Positions 34,388-46,288 are shown, numbered from the whole stretch's first letter. The stretch: DNA of 63,992 nt, filler included, from Basidioascus undulatus (GCA_000826855.1; 17 parts of 17 records of this genome joined end to end with filler, not necessarily neighbours in it); one strand, 5' to 3'. Translations and numbers: made by a program. The notes: generated by a model from the sequence alone, not told the origin.

Positions 34388-36195
34388 ATGAGGTTCCTGC
34401 AAACCCTCAGCATCCGCATCCCTACCCCCACTGCTCCACACCTCGCTACTATCCACGCTCGCCGTCTCCGAACATTCACCATGGCTTCTGCTCCCAAGGA
34501 CCACAGCAAAGACCAAGCGGACTCTGACGGGCGCTTCCGGTGCGGAATGCACTCATCCCTTCAAGAGAAATGCTGATGTCGAGCTGGATGGGGTCAGCCG
34601 CCAGATTGCCGCGTTCCGCAACACGGTGGAGAAGGGCGGGAAGTTCGAGCCTGAGAAGGGTGAGTATTTGCCCCTGGTTTGTAGTTTTCGACGCGTGCTG
34701 AAGAGTTGGTGTAGGGCGCTACCGCCTCTTCATTTGCCCCGTCTGTCCCTGGGCGCATCGCACGCAGTGAGCTCGCGGCTACTCACTCAGCACAGGAACC
34801 GAATGCTGATGGACGACGATCTCGCACAGCATCATGCGCGACTTGAAGGGCCTGCAGGATATCATCCGTACGCCCCTTCCCATGATCGATACCCGCTCGA
34901 CTTTGACTAGATTTCGGGGCTCGCAGCTATCACGCGCCTGTACCCGCAGCTCACGGACAAGGGCTGGCGGTTCGGCAAGCCGGGCGAGGAGGCGCTCGGC
35001 GACCCGGACCCGCTGTACGGGTTCTCCCACCTCAGGGAGTACTACCTGAAGACGGACCCGAACTATGATGCCCGGTGGGTTATATCTGAGCAGCTGCGTT
35101 AAGAGTGCGCAGTGCTAACTGTGTCTTGGCTGTCAGGTACACCGTCCCCGTCCTGTGGGATACCAAGACCGAGACGATCGTCAACAACGTGAGTGCATCT
35201 TTCCAGTCAGAGTCCCTACCGACGTGTCTTGATACTGATAAGCTCCGCAATGTGTAGGAATCGTCGGAGCTGATCAGAATCCTCACGCGAGCATTCGACG
35301 AGCTCCTGCCGAAGGACAAGGCCTCGATCGACGTCTACCCAGAGCACCTCCGCGCTGAGATCGACGAGCTCAACGAGTGGGTTTACCACACCGTCAACAA
35401 CGGGTGAGTTCACTGCGCCGCTTTCGTCGGGACTTCTCGCTCAAGGCCTTCTTTGTGCAGCGTGTACAAGTCGGGCTTCGCAACGACGCAGGAGGCCTAT
35501 GAGGAGAAGTGAGTATTGGCTTGAGTATTGGCTTGCTTGCATAGGCTCAGACCCCATGTCACGGCTGATGATTGTCCCGACGCAGTGTCATTCCCTTGTT
35601 CGACTCCCTGAAGCGCCTCGAGAAAATCCTCAGCGATGGGCGGGAGTACCTCGTGGGCGGCCAGCTGACCGAGGCGGACGTGAGGCTCTTCACGACCCTC
35701 GTACGCTGCCCCCACCCTACGTGTCATTTTTGTTCTTGCTGAAACACCTTTACACGCAGATCCGCTTCGACGTGAGTAGCTTCCAGTGTCGAGCCTGCGG
35801 CTGTGTAGGTTGACCAGAGTCGCGCGCCAGGTTGCCTACGTGGGGAAGTTCAACTGCAATCTCGGCACGATCCGGCACGACTTCCCGCATCTTGTGAGTC
35901 TGCTTAATTTCAGTGTTCTTTCATACTCCTGCTGACCCAGCTGGGCTGGATTTCTAGAACCGCTGGATGAAGAACCTGTACTGGAATCGTCCCGAGTTCA
36001 GGGAGACGACAAACTTCCGGGGGATCAAGGAGGGGTACTATGGCTTGGACCCAACCAAGCGCGGAAAAGCAAGTCATTTTCCGTTAACCTTTCTGCGAAA
36101 ATCTGAGCTGACGATGTCACGTGAAATTGCTTGCACAGGGTGAAGGGGCGCCTATCGTTCCTGTGGGCCCGGTTCCTGATATTGTGCCGCTTTGA
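34388..36195 (+). CDS. Glutathionyl-hydroquinone reductase / Xi-class GST (Ecm4-like), divergent
   Basis: DGRFR, RYRLFICPVCPWAHRT, YTVPVLWDTKTETIVNNESSELIR, VNNGVYKSGFATTQEAYE, LTEADVRLFTTLIRFD, IVPVGP. Confidence 0.92.
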
Positions 36196-36774
36196 GTATG
36201 TGTTCTGTTGATGAGGTTCATACAGAGTAATAACATGAACGTGAAAATATCCGTCGTCGATGGACATCAGGACTGGGTTGCTCGTTGTGACCGCAGTGCA
36301 TCGCTCGGATGGGCAACGATGAGGCCGATTTGGATGGATGCCAAACGCGATGCCGTGCCGTCTGTAGTACATTTCAGAAGCATGTCGGGAAAGCGAACAG
36401 GTTTCCGTGCGCAGGCAGCTCGTAGAGTGAGAGGTGTAAGACGCAGGCAGCGTGCTTTCACTGTGGGTTAAGTTTGAAACCTCATCCCAAAGCATCGATT
36501 CTCTTTTAAATTATAGAACAGAAATTCTATGTTGTCGGCGCTACCCTAGCATGTCAGAAGGCTTCACTCAGGTACAGCTCGGGGTGCGACCTGTGCCTGA
36601 TCCCGAACGAGCTGCCGCAGGGGCATTCATCTTGCAGCAGTGCATGTTGCAATTACAACAGTTGGACCACAGTCAAGCAAACGATTGGATTGACATATAG
36701 AGCTCGTTACAGTCGGCAAGAGTCGTGTACCCAAGCACCCGTCCATCGAGCGCAAATTTACAGCCCTTCAGTCC

Positions 36775-37338
36775 TTACACCGCATCCTTGACCTTCAGCT
36801 TGGCGTGCCCCACAAGGTGCTCGCTCCACCTAAAGTCCAAGCCCCCCTGAACCCTCAAGTCCATCCCCGTTCTCGCCTCGTCCGCCTTGACCACCATGTC
36901 GGCCAAGAGCACCTCGAGCTCCCTCACCCTCTCCCTCAGACCGCCGCACTCGGCCTCCACCAGCTGCAGCTTCTCGAGCTCTTCCCCCCACTTGCCCATC
37001 CTGAGCTCTCCCACCTCCTGTTCGAGCTCCTCGATGCGCGCGAGATGCGTGAGGCGAACGGCGGCGGAGTTGCGCGCCCGGTACGCAGCCTGGTGCGCGC
37101 GGTTGCGAGCCTTGCGTTCCTCCTCGTGGTCCTTGATGGCAGTGGTGGTAGAACGGGCTGACGAGATCTTGCGGCTACCGCCAACGCTATTTGGACTGAC
37201 GTCGAATGCTGGGCCCTCGACGCTGCGGGTGGTTGTGGACGGCGCGGGCGATGGTACCGGGGCGCCGGCCACGCGCGGGCGCAGGCGGACGATGGTCGCT
37301 TCTGAAGAAGGCTTTCGAGGGAGTTTCGTGCGTGCCAT
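36775..37338 (-). CDS. Intronless bZIP-like protein 1 (187 aa)
   Basis: EERKARNRAHQAAYRARN...RIEELEQEVGELR...LRERVRELEVLL coiled coil. Confidence 0.72.
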   Translation of the reverse strand: MARTKLPRKPSSEATIVRLRPRVAGAPVPSPAPSTTTRSVEGPAFDVSPNSVGGSRKISSARSTTTAIKDHEEERKARNRAHQAAYRARNSAAVRLTHLARIEELEQEVGELRMGKWGEELEKLQLVEAECGGLRERVRELEVLLADMVVKADEARTGMDLRVQGGLDFRWSEHLVGHAKLKVKDAV

Positions 37339-37897
37339 GATGTTGAATGTAAGAGATAGAAGAAGACAGGGAGACTCGAAGCGTGCGATTGCGAGAAGTA
37401 GCGTTGGCTGAGGTGGTGGTCGTGGTGAGTGAGGAAGCGAATGCGGGACGGGAACCACGGCGATGCGCTCGCTGAGCACGCGGTAACTACCCCAGCCGTC
37501 CGACGGGCCGTGGTCATCGTTCTCGTTGGGGGATCATGCGCACATTACACGTGTTCTGAGCACGTTTGTTTCTTCGACGTCGTCCTTCCCTACATCGGGT
37601 GAGAATACCGACTCATGCAGGAAGGAGACAACGGCAGGACAGTCGGAAGGATCTTCCTCGATAAGCGAGATTTGGCGTTCGGGATCGAATCTCGTATCTC
37701 CTTGAAGTATTCTCTTTATGAATGGGAAACTTTATTATCAACATCACATACTAGTCAAAATTTTAAGAAAATGATTCGAAAACATAGCAGGAAGGGCTAT
37801 CATGTCAAGCAAATTTGCCATGTGAGAGAGACATCAGCGAGCTCGTACAGCCCAACTCCTTCAATGATGCATTACAGAGCGTCCACCAAGTACTCCA

Positions 37898-38287
37898 TCA
37901 GTCTCCCGCCATTCTCCCCAACCGCTCTTGCAGCACGCGCACCCTCTCCCACAGCACCTCCCTCTCCGCCTCGACGTTCCTCTCCCTCAGGTGCTGCACC
38001 TCCTCCTTCACCGCCTTGAGTCTCGCGACCTCCGCCTCTAGCGTCTTGATGCGCTCCAGCCGCTCCCTCGTCGCCGACGCGTTGTTCCGGGCGAGGTACG
38101 CCTGCTGGTGGGTTCTGTTGCGCACGGACTTGGAGGGGCCGGCCGGGGCAGCTGGGGCGGGGAATTCGGAAGGCGCGATGCTCTTCGAGGAGCTTGCTTC
38201 GCTCGGGAGTGTCGTATATGGTAAATTTGGAGGTGAGGGGGTCGCTGCTGGACCGAAAAACACTCTCGACTTTGGCGGGAGCGACAT
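37898..38287 (-). CDS. Intronless bZIP-like protein 2 (129 aa), tandem paralogue
   Basis: SVRNRTHQQAYLARN...RIKTLEAEVARLK...LWERVRVLQERL. Confidence 0.7.
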   Translation of the reverse strand: MSLPPKSRVFFGPAATPSPPNLPYTTLPSEASSSKSIAPSEFPAPAAPAGPSKSVRNRTHQQAYLARNNASATRERLERIKTLEAEVARLKAVKEEVQHLRERNVEAEREVLWERVRVLQERLGRMAGD

Positions 38288-40004
38288 GGCGGCTAAGTGT
38301 GGCGAATTAAGAAGACTGAGGGAGAGAGGGAGAGCCGTGTCAGCGAGCGCGTGAGGCCGACATCGCTGAGGTTCCGCCGTCCGCCGCATGCCGTCTCTGA
38401 GCCGTGCCTGATTTGCGTCTTCGCGTCGCGGCATTCACGCAAACGCCGAGTGTTCCGCCGCAGCAACTTGATTTTTGCGTTTAAGGTGATGGGTGCAGGG
38501 ACGTACGTCAGATTGTTTGTAACGCCGATGCGTGGTGGACGGAATCTGACTGCTCCCAGACCCACTTCCTGAGTGAGAAACTACCTAATACCATAGCTGA
38601 AAGGGAGGTCAACAAGCAGTAAGACCTGTGCAAAGTGCAAAATCATACAGTGGAATACTTTTGATAAGATTGCGGACCGCTCTCTTTAGTGCTCGATAAG
38701 GGCCCGCTCGAGCAACCGGCACAGGAGAGTTATTCAGCTAGGTACTTCATCACAGCCAGGTCTTGCACCTCGACTTTTATAGACCTTGAGCCTCATTTTT
38801 GGCTGTTGGAACCCGTGAAAATTGCCCACTTTCCCAGCGCTCATGCTGTACTACGGCTAGGCGAGAGGCGAGGCGAGCAGGACTCGGCGATTTGACCCAA
38901 TAAACTGCCCCAAGGTCGAGTAAATGAACAACCACAAGTGTCTTTACTTGGTCAAATAATACAGGGATCCACAACTTACACAAAGCAAAGTAGTGCATAA
39001 GAAACAGCCTAGGAGATGCAAACTGAAGGTGTCAGATCCATCTCCCTTGGCGAGCGTGTTTGCGCGGCCACACAGGTGCCCCCTGCCTTCTGCCTATCAT
39101 GCACCGTTCCAAGGTGAAAATCCTTCTGCACATTTATGATACACCATGTATGAAAATCAACTGGCCCATCCCAAGCGCATGATTCGCAGGGGCCACAATC
39201 AAGGTTCACTTCTCCTGGCACTCTTTGCCTGGATTTTGCGTAAGCCATCCTAGCTTGGGCTCAGTGTAGCTCAGGAATTGAATCTTTATTTCTTCGTCTT
39301 AACTCTCAAGAACCTTCGCTCACAGCCCACAGCCCCGTTTCTCACCGCACAGCCTGGCCTTGCCAGACTATATAAGCGAGTGAGTTGTCAGACAAACCTC
39401 AAATTACCAAACGCCAAATTACGTTTGATCAACTAGGAAGGGTATTTCAGGGTCGTTCGTCAAAACTTCCGTCCTCATGGTGGGCCTACATGCATGTAAT
39501 CGCTCTGTGTGACGGCCTCAGGTGCATGTGATCGGCTCAGGACCGAATCGCAAGGAATCTCACAAATTCTCGGTTAACAATAGCTGATTAAGCTACTATG
39601 AGAGAGTTTACGCGTCCGCCATTGGCAGCGTAGTTTGCACTCCGCTCGATGTAACATGAAGCCAGCAGCACTGAGTGCACACCCGACATCCAGCGGATCC
39701 TCATACGGCTCTGCTCAAACATGTCCATACTTGTAACGTTTCGCTTTCTGGAGAAGATGCTCCCAACCCTAGTGTCTTTTTGCGGGCGACACGCCGATGC
39801 GGTCTGCGATTGGTGACTCGGTAGTTTTGGGCCGCCGCGGGACACGCTGCCCTAAAGCGCGTCTTCGTCGCGAGCGAGCGCTGTCGCTCTTGGCCTCTTA
39901 CCGCGTCCTGCATGCTCTTGCGGCCCATCGCTCGTTCTTCCTTCGCCTCAAAAAGCAGACTTATACCCAGCTCGTATAGACGACTGACTTCATTGAGCGC
40001 GATC

Positions 40005-41311
40005 ATGCCCGCTCCGACTCTGATTGCTGTGTGTCCTACGCTACTAATGAACCAGCGTGCCAGCTGACTCGCCCGAGACGCAGGTCGACTTGGACGACGT
40101 GCTCTGCCAGACGAACCATTCCGTTGCGGAATGGCACAATGTGAGCGAGCGGAAGGTACAGACAGGTCCACGACTGAGGGCTGAGCTGGTGTCGAAGGGA
40201 CTAGGAGAACCACGGGACTTCTCTCACTCTCCGTACGTGACTCCCTTTGCATCTCCGAGACGAACGTAGCTGAAATCCGCTGGAGTCTATAGAGGACTTC
40301 CACTGTATGCCATGGATATCCATACTCACCTCCTGATGGATCAATTCTGACGTGGTCGAGCCTGCGATCAGATTATCACTGTGCGTCTTCGTTTCGTGAT
40401 CAACCTGGCCTTAGCGCCCGAGCATCTGACCCATATGTTCGCAGACTGGAAGAACCGTCCGTATCTCCCTCTTCGCCAATTCCACATCTCATATCTCTAA
40501 AATGAGACGCTTTCCAGCCGGCTGGGGCACTCCCAAAGAGACGTTCGAGAAGGTCTCGGCGTACTACGCTTCGAACGCGATGGACAAAGCGATTCCCGTC
40601 CCAGGAGCGCGCGAGGCGCTCGAGCGCCTGCGCGAGGAGGGCTTCCGGTTCGCGGTCGTCACTGCGCGAACGGAGGCCCAGCGCGCCATGAGCGCGAAGT
40701 GGCTGGGCAAGCACTACCCCGGTGCGTTTCCCAGCGGACGGGGATTGACACTGGTTTGTGATTGACGGGGTGGTGAACACGACTAGATCTCTTTGACGAG
40801 CTGCACTTCACGGGATCGTTCCAGCACTTAAGCGATCCCATCAAAATCGAGGAGGGCAAGAAGGATGACAAGGAACTGGCCGCTGCGCCGCCGAAGGTGA
40901 CGGCCAAGCCGATGTCCAAAGCCGAGGTAACAACCGCCCACGCGGAGACGTCCCTCGCTTTTTCCGAAGACTCATTCGCCGCGCCCGCAGGTCATCACCA
41001 CCATCGGCGCTTCGCACCTTATCGACGACTCGATCGAGAACGCGCTCACGTGCGCCTCGCACACCCCGTCCATCCCGGCGCTCCTGCTCTCCCCGTACGA
41101 CCCGACGGACAAACACCCGACGCCGCACTATCCCTGGAATGTCGCCGCGAGCAGGCAGGAGACGGAGGAGGACATGCTGAGCTACGCGGAGCGCAAGGCG
41201 CGCGGGCTCGAGACGGGCGAGAGCCGGACGCCGGAACCCCTGCCTGAGGGAATTCAACGCGTGCGGGGGTGGGACGACGTGGTGGATGTGCTACTTCGGA
41301 CGCTGGATTAA
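40005..41311 (+). CDS. HAD-superfamily 5'(3')-nucleotidase-like protein (NT5C-like)
   Basis: IAVDLDDVLCQTN (motif I), PVPGAREAL, VVTAR (motif II), LIDDSIENA (motif IV), YPWN, RVRGWDDV. Confidence 0.85.
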
Positions 41312-41934
41312 AGAGCGAGAGTAGAAGTGAGGCCGTGGTGCTGACGATTACCGGATGACCTGCGAGTGTTGCGAGCGAGACCCGATGGGTGTGCTTTCTT
41401 CCGATCTCTTTGGCAAGCCAGAACGATAAGTGTGAGATGCAAAGGTCGGTGACATTTGCGTCCTTGCAGTGAGATAGGATCATTGTGAGTGAGGAGTATA
41501 CTGAGAACCCTCTTGGCCGCTGCCCGGATACGCCTTGGGCGGATTTCGTGTCGAGGCACTGCAGCATACGCCTTCAGTTTGACGTTTAGCTTGACTGTTG
41601 AGCTCTTTCTATGCCGCCAGGACACGGACGTTGGAAGTAATCTGACTAGCACAGCGTTAGGCCATGGACCAACTTGGTCCCTACTCGGCGGTTCCCGACA
41701 GCGCGTGCCATGAGCGTCTTCTCTCAATCTCGCAAGGCACTCCGCATCGTCGGTACGAAAGTGTGCTTGGGTATCATAACTGCTATTGTGACTAGACTGG
41801 AGACCTGCTCCCTCGCCATCCAACATCCCAGCCTGACCCCATCTCATGCGGACCTCCGCCAACGCACCACACGCTCCTCGCGCCCCGACCAGAAGTCGCC
41901 CACAATCCCAGGTGATCCTCCAAATCAACCCTAA

Positions 41935-42219
41935 TCACACACCTCCGAATCGCCCAAATCCGGTCGCCTCCACTTTCCCGGACGGTGCCGGCATCCGCCT
42001 CGCGAATGACCCCTCGCGCTCCCCTCGCCAGAAGAGCCACAGCACAAGGCCGATCGTCGCGAGCGTCGAGCTCGAGCCGAGAATGACCGACGCCACGAGC
42101 GTCCCTCTTGATGCGGGGAGGATGCAGTTTGCGAACGCGGGCGGGAGCGGCGACGGCGCGCTCAAGCAGAGAGGGTCGGCAGGATCGACCGAGACTACCT
42201 CCGGCAGGGAGTAAGTCAT
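41935..42219 (-). CDS. Orphan 94-aa single-pass membrane protein (copy A)
   Basis: ATG-initiated; hydrophobic LVASVILGSSSTLATIGLVLWLFW followed by basic residues; a paralogue lies at 52683-53003. Confidence 0.7.
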   Translation of the reverse strand: MTYSLPEVVSVDPADPLCLSAPSPLPPAFANCILPASRGTLVASVILGSSSTLATIGLVLWLFWRGEREGSFARRMPAPSGKVEATGFGRFGGV

Positions 42220-42653
42220 TGCGGCGGGTTTCGCGCGGCGGGTCGCGACTTTGGTGCGCCGGCGCCGGTGGCGAGTGTGTGTGCTTTATGGCGGCGTCGT
42301 GGTGGATGGGGTGCGGGAGAGGAGCGACATTCGGACGGGGATGTGCGGCAGCACGAGCCGTGCGGTGACCGTCTTCTCCGCAGGCACACGCTGCAAGCGC
42401 AGCGCCGTTGACAGTTGAAAGCTCGTGGCGAGCATATCGCCCAGCCAAGCCCAGCGCTCGCCTTCGACGTCTTCGAAGAGTACTTCAGGTTCTGGACGAG
42501 AATATGAAATATAATAATTGTTTTTGAATCTCAGGTATATTCTGAGCTGGATGTAGAAATTGACGGCACGCGCAAACCACCGCCACCGGCACCGCCCACA
42601 TTCTCCGAAAGCGAGAGGTGAGGCAAATCACATCAATGCGGTAGCCATCACAA

Positions 42654-45239
42654 CTACTGCGCCTTGCTATTCCGAGCCTGTATTCCGTATTCCTCCAGGA
42701 CAGAATCCTCAACGCTGTCGGGACTCTTGAACACGGGGTCGACGCCACCAGCGGTCTTGGGGAAGGCGATGACATCGCGGATGGAAGCGGTATTGCAGAG
42801 GATAGCGACGAGGCGATCAAGACCTGTCACGAAAGACAACATTAGCGGGGAGCGGTAGAGAAGTGAAAAGAAGGTGTCTACCAAGCGCGATGCCACCATG
42901 AGGAGGTGCACCGGACCTCAACGCCGCAAGCAGATGGGCAAAGCGGTTCGTCTCCTCGTCCGTCAACTACAACAAAGGGAGACCAAAGAACAGTTAGCAC
43001 CCGTTCCAAAAACAACTGTTTCCGAAAAGCACGCACCTGCAGAACGTCCCTGAACACCTTCTCCTGGAGCACGGGATCGTGAATCCGCACGCTGCCGCCG
43101 CCGATCTCCATCCCGTTAAGCACGAGGTCGTAGTGCTGCCCGCGCACGGCGGCGTACTCGCCGCGCTCCAGCAGCGCGATGTCCTCCGCGACGGGCGCGG
43201 TGAACGGGTGGTGCGTCGACGCCCAGCGGCCCTTGGACAGGTGCGCCTTGTCCGGGTCCGCGAGCGTGAAGAGCGGGAAGGCCGTGATCCAGTGGAAGTG
43301 GTAGGGGTTCGGAGAAAGGGGGAGGGTGCCTGTCCACGTGCCTTGTCAGCCTTTGTCGATACGAGCGGAATTGGATGAGCAGGGAAAGACGCACCGTTCG
43401 CCCTGAGCGCCTCAGCCAACCGCAACCTCAGCCTTCCCAAGCTTGTCGAGCCGCCCTCAGGAACGATCGGGCCCTCCTCGAACCACACCGCGTCGCCGTC
43501 TTCCAGAAGACGCTCGAGCTCCGGCCCAGCTTCGGGCGGAGGCTCCGCGAACGACTCGCCTCCGCTCAGCATGCCAAGGTCGAAGTTAGGCGGGAGCGCG
43601 CCGTCGCGAGAGGGTCGGTAGATGAGCGCGCGGAGGGAGTATCCGGACGCAAGAACGCCGGCAGGGGTGAGGAGGGCGAGGTCCGTGATCTGCGGGTCGG
43701 AATGAGCTGATGAGCCAGGCCAAAAAATGCTGGGATCGAGTGGAAGGTGCGGACCTCAAGACCGAAACGAGTGTCAGGCTTGTCCGAGCCGAACTGCGAA
43801 AGCACGGCCGTCAGCGCAGATAGCCAGTGCTGCATTCCTGGCAATCCTCGAACTCACCCGGTTCATCGCCTGCGTGTAGCTCATGACCGCGAACTCCTTC
43901 TCGAGCTCCACGCCCTCGACCTCTTTCCACACCCTCCGCACCATCCCCTCCACGACCCTCCTGACCTCCTCGCCGCCCATGCCCCAGGCGCCGCTCCCGC
44001 CCGCGCCGCTGACGAACCCCATCTCGAGATCGACCTGCGTGAACTCGGGCTGGCGGTCCTTGCGCCCGTCCTCGTCCCGGAAGCACCGCGCGATCTGGAA
44101 GTACGCGTCCGTGCACCCCGACGCGATCAGCAGCTGCTTCGGCTGCTGCGGCGACTGCGGGAGCGCATATAAGGACGGCGAGGGCGTCAGCCGCGTGGGG
44201 ACGAGGAACTCGCGCGCTCCCTCCGGGGTGGATTTCAGCAGGATGGGCGTCTCGATTTCAGTGAAGTCTTCGGGACGAGCGGTGGATGAGTGGACGCGAG
44301 CGAAACAGAAGAAGTGAGAATTGCACACTCTGGTCGTGAAGGAAGCAGCGGATTATGTGCGCGATCTTCGATCGCTTCCGGATGTTGGACGACAGTTCGG
44401 AGCGGCGGAGGTCGAGGTGACGGTGCTTGGCGCGGAGGTCTTCGTTGGCCTGCCACGCTGGCGTGAGCACCGTTCTCGGAAAAGAAGAGAGTACGTGCTG
44501 AGAAACCTCACGAGCGAGTAAGAAGGATCAGATGGGTAGAACGGCAGAGGCGAAGCGGCAGGGTTGAGCAGCGTGAACTTGTCGACGACCACCTCGACTT
44601 CGCCGGTCTCCATGTTCTGATTCCGCAACGCGTTTAGCTAGGCTACTTTGAAACACCCATTGAGACCGCACCTCGTTCTCTGCTCCCTCCTTGCGCAGCC
44701 CGACAGTGCCCTCGACGAGCACGACGCTCTCGGGCGGAATATCTCCGAGCCTGAGCTCGCTTTTTGCGCCCTTGCCGCGGATGACGAGCTGAGTAGGCCC
44801 GGTGAAGTCTTTGAGGATTTGAAAAGCTAGGTTTTTGGATATGCGCCTGTGTACAAGGAACGTTCAGCATGACGAGTGTATTGAGATGCAGAAGAGGATG
44901 GGATATGCCGTTCGGGAAGCAGCCAGCCTGCGAGGACGACGCGCGAGCCCGCATCAGATGCGCGAAGCGCAGAACAGAGATGCGTGCGCGCTGGGAAAGC
45001 GCCTGTTCATCGAATGTTACGGTGAAATGTCAGTTTGAGGAAGACCGACAGCCCGTCTAGTCATGCAGCGGACCTGAATGCGCTCTCAGCTTCTCCGCGC
45101 CCGATTTTGCAGCGACGGCCGCGTCGCGCCGAAGCGACGAAGAAGCAAAAGTTCGAGTGGGATGAGTAAGCATCAATGATTGTACGCGTGCGATATGCAA
45201 GGCCCGTGGAAGGGCCTGCGTGAGCGAGCGTGTCAGCAT
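42654..45239 (-). CDS. MSD1: Mitochondrial aspartyl-tRNA synthetase
   Basis: Presequence; [103 protein letters not shown]. Confidence 0.96.
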
Positions 45240-45543
45240 GCTCGGAGGGTGAAGCGAGAAGACGGTGGTCCGAGGACAAGATGCGGCCGCGGGAATTCGG
45301 GGACTTCGCGAGCGTCCGACCGGCCGCTATTTCCTTTTCTTCTCTTTGAGGTGAACACACAAAGGTTGTAAAATGAGGTATGCCGAATTTGTTCGTGAAA
45401 GGTATGCAAAATACAAGGACGAGACAGAAAAACTCGAGCGCAAGTCAACCCTTCGACCACCGACGACGCCCCTCTAACGTATCGTACACCACGCCCTCCG
45501 CTCCCCAGGCCCGAATATGCCGCGCAAACGGCGAGAACCACGC

Positions 45544-46087
45544 TCAGTGCTGGCCCTTCCCCTTCCGACCGAGCTTGAACGTTGTCTTGCGCTTGTGCAC
45601 CGCCCAGCCCTTGCTCGCGCGGTAGCTCTCTCGCCGGGACCCGCGCTCGCCGGACGTCGAGACCTTCTTGGGAGCGTCGGTCTCCATCGAGTTGTCTAGA
45701 TGCAAGTGCACCACGATCAGCTTATTCCCTCTTGTGAATAGTCCCACAAGAGCAAAGAAACCCTCCGCACCCTCAGCCTGCGCATCCTCCGCCTCCTCGT
45801 CCGCCATCTCCTCCTCGCCCTCCTCCGGCGCAGCCTTGCCCGTCAACCGAGCGTTCAGGCGCGCTAGCCGTGCAGCATGGACAGTGGCGTATCTGTGTAG
45901 CCGGGGCCTTGTCAGCTCAGTCCACCAGTCCTGCAAGGACGAAGGTCACGCACGCGGAGTCCTCCCTCTCACGCTTCGAGCGACGGTACGCGCGCTTGGA
46001 TTTCGAGCCTGCGGGTCCATCGATACTCAGTATGCCTTCCAGAGACCTCTACGCAATCAACAGAGACGTACGAAGAGATTTGGCCAT
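45544..46087 (-). CDS. DUF2423-family small basic protein (Ybl028c-like)
   Basis: Spliced MAKSLRSKSKRAYRRSKR...YATVHAARLARLNARL...KKVSTSGERGSRRESYR. Confidence 0.75.
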
Positions 46088-46288
46088 TGTGAATGTGGGT
46101 ACAGCGATGGTATTGTCCAGGCTGTACAGCTTCTCAATCGCCTTCGCACCCTGTAATTTGTACCTAACCATAAACTTCGGGCCGCGGCGCACGTGAAACT
46201 CCGAGCTGTCAAGTCTCGGCTGGTCGAGGAGCACGTCTTCCCTCTTCTCTTGCCCATCTTCCACGTCGACCGTTTCCCTCTATTCACC

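Noticed and set aside
32588..36195. Selenocysteine or TGA-CTA readthrough to a cryptic peroxisomal signal in the redox genes
   Set aside because: Catalytic codons are TGC/TGT; stops are not followed by CTA; the PRX1 readthrough extension does not end in a PTS1
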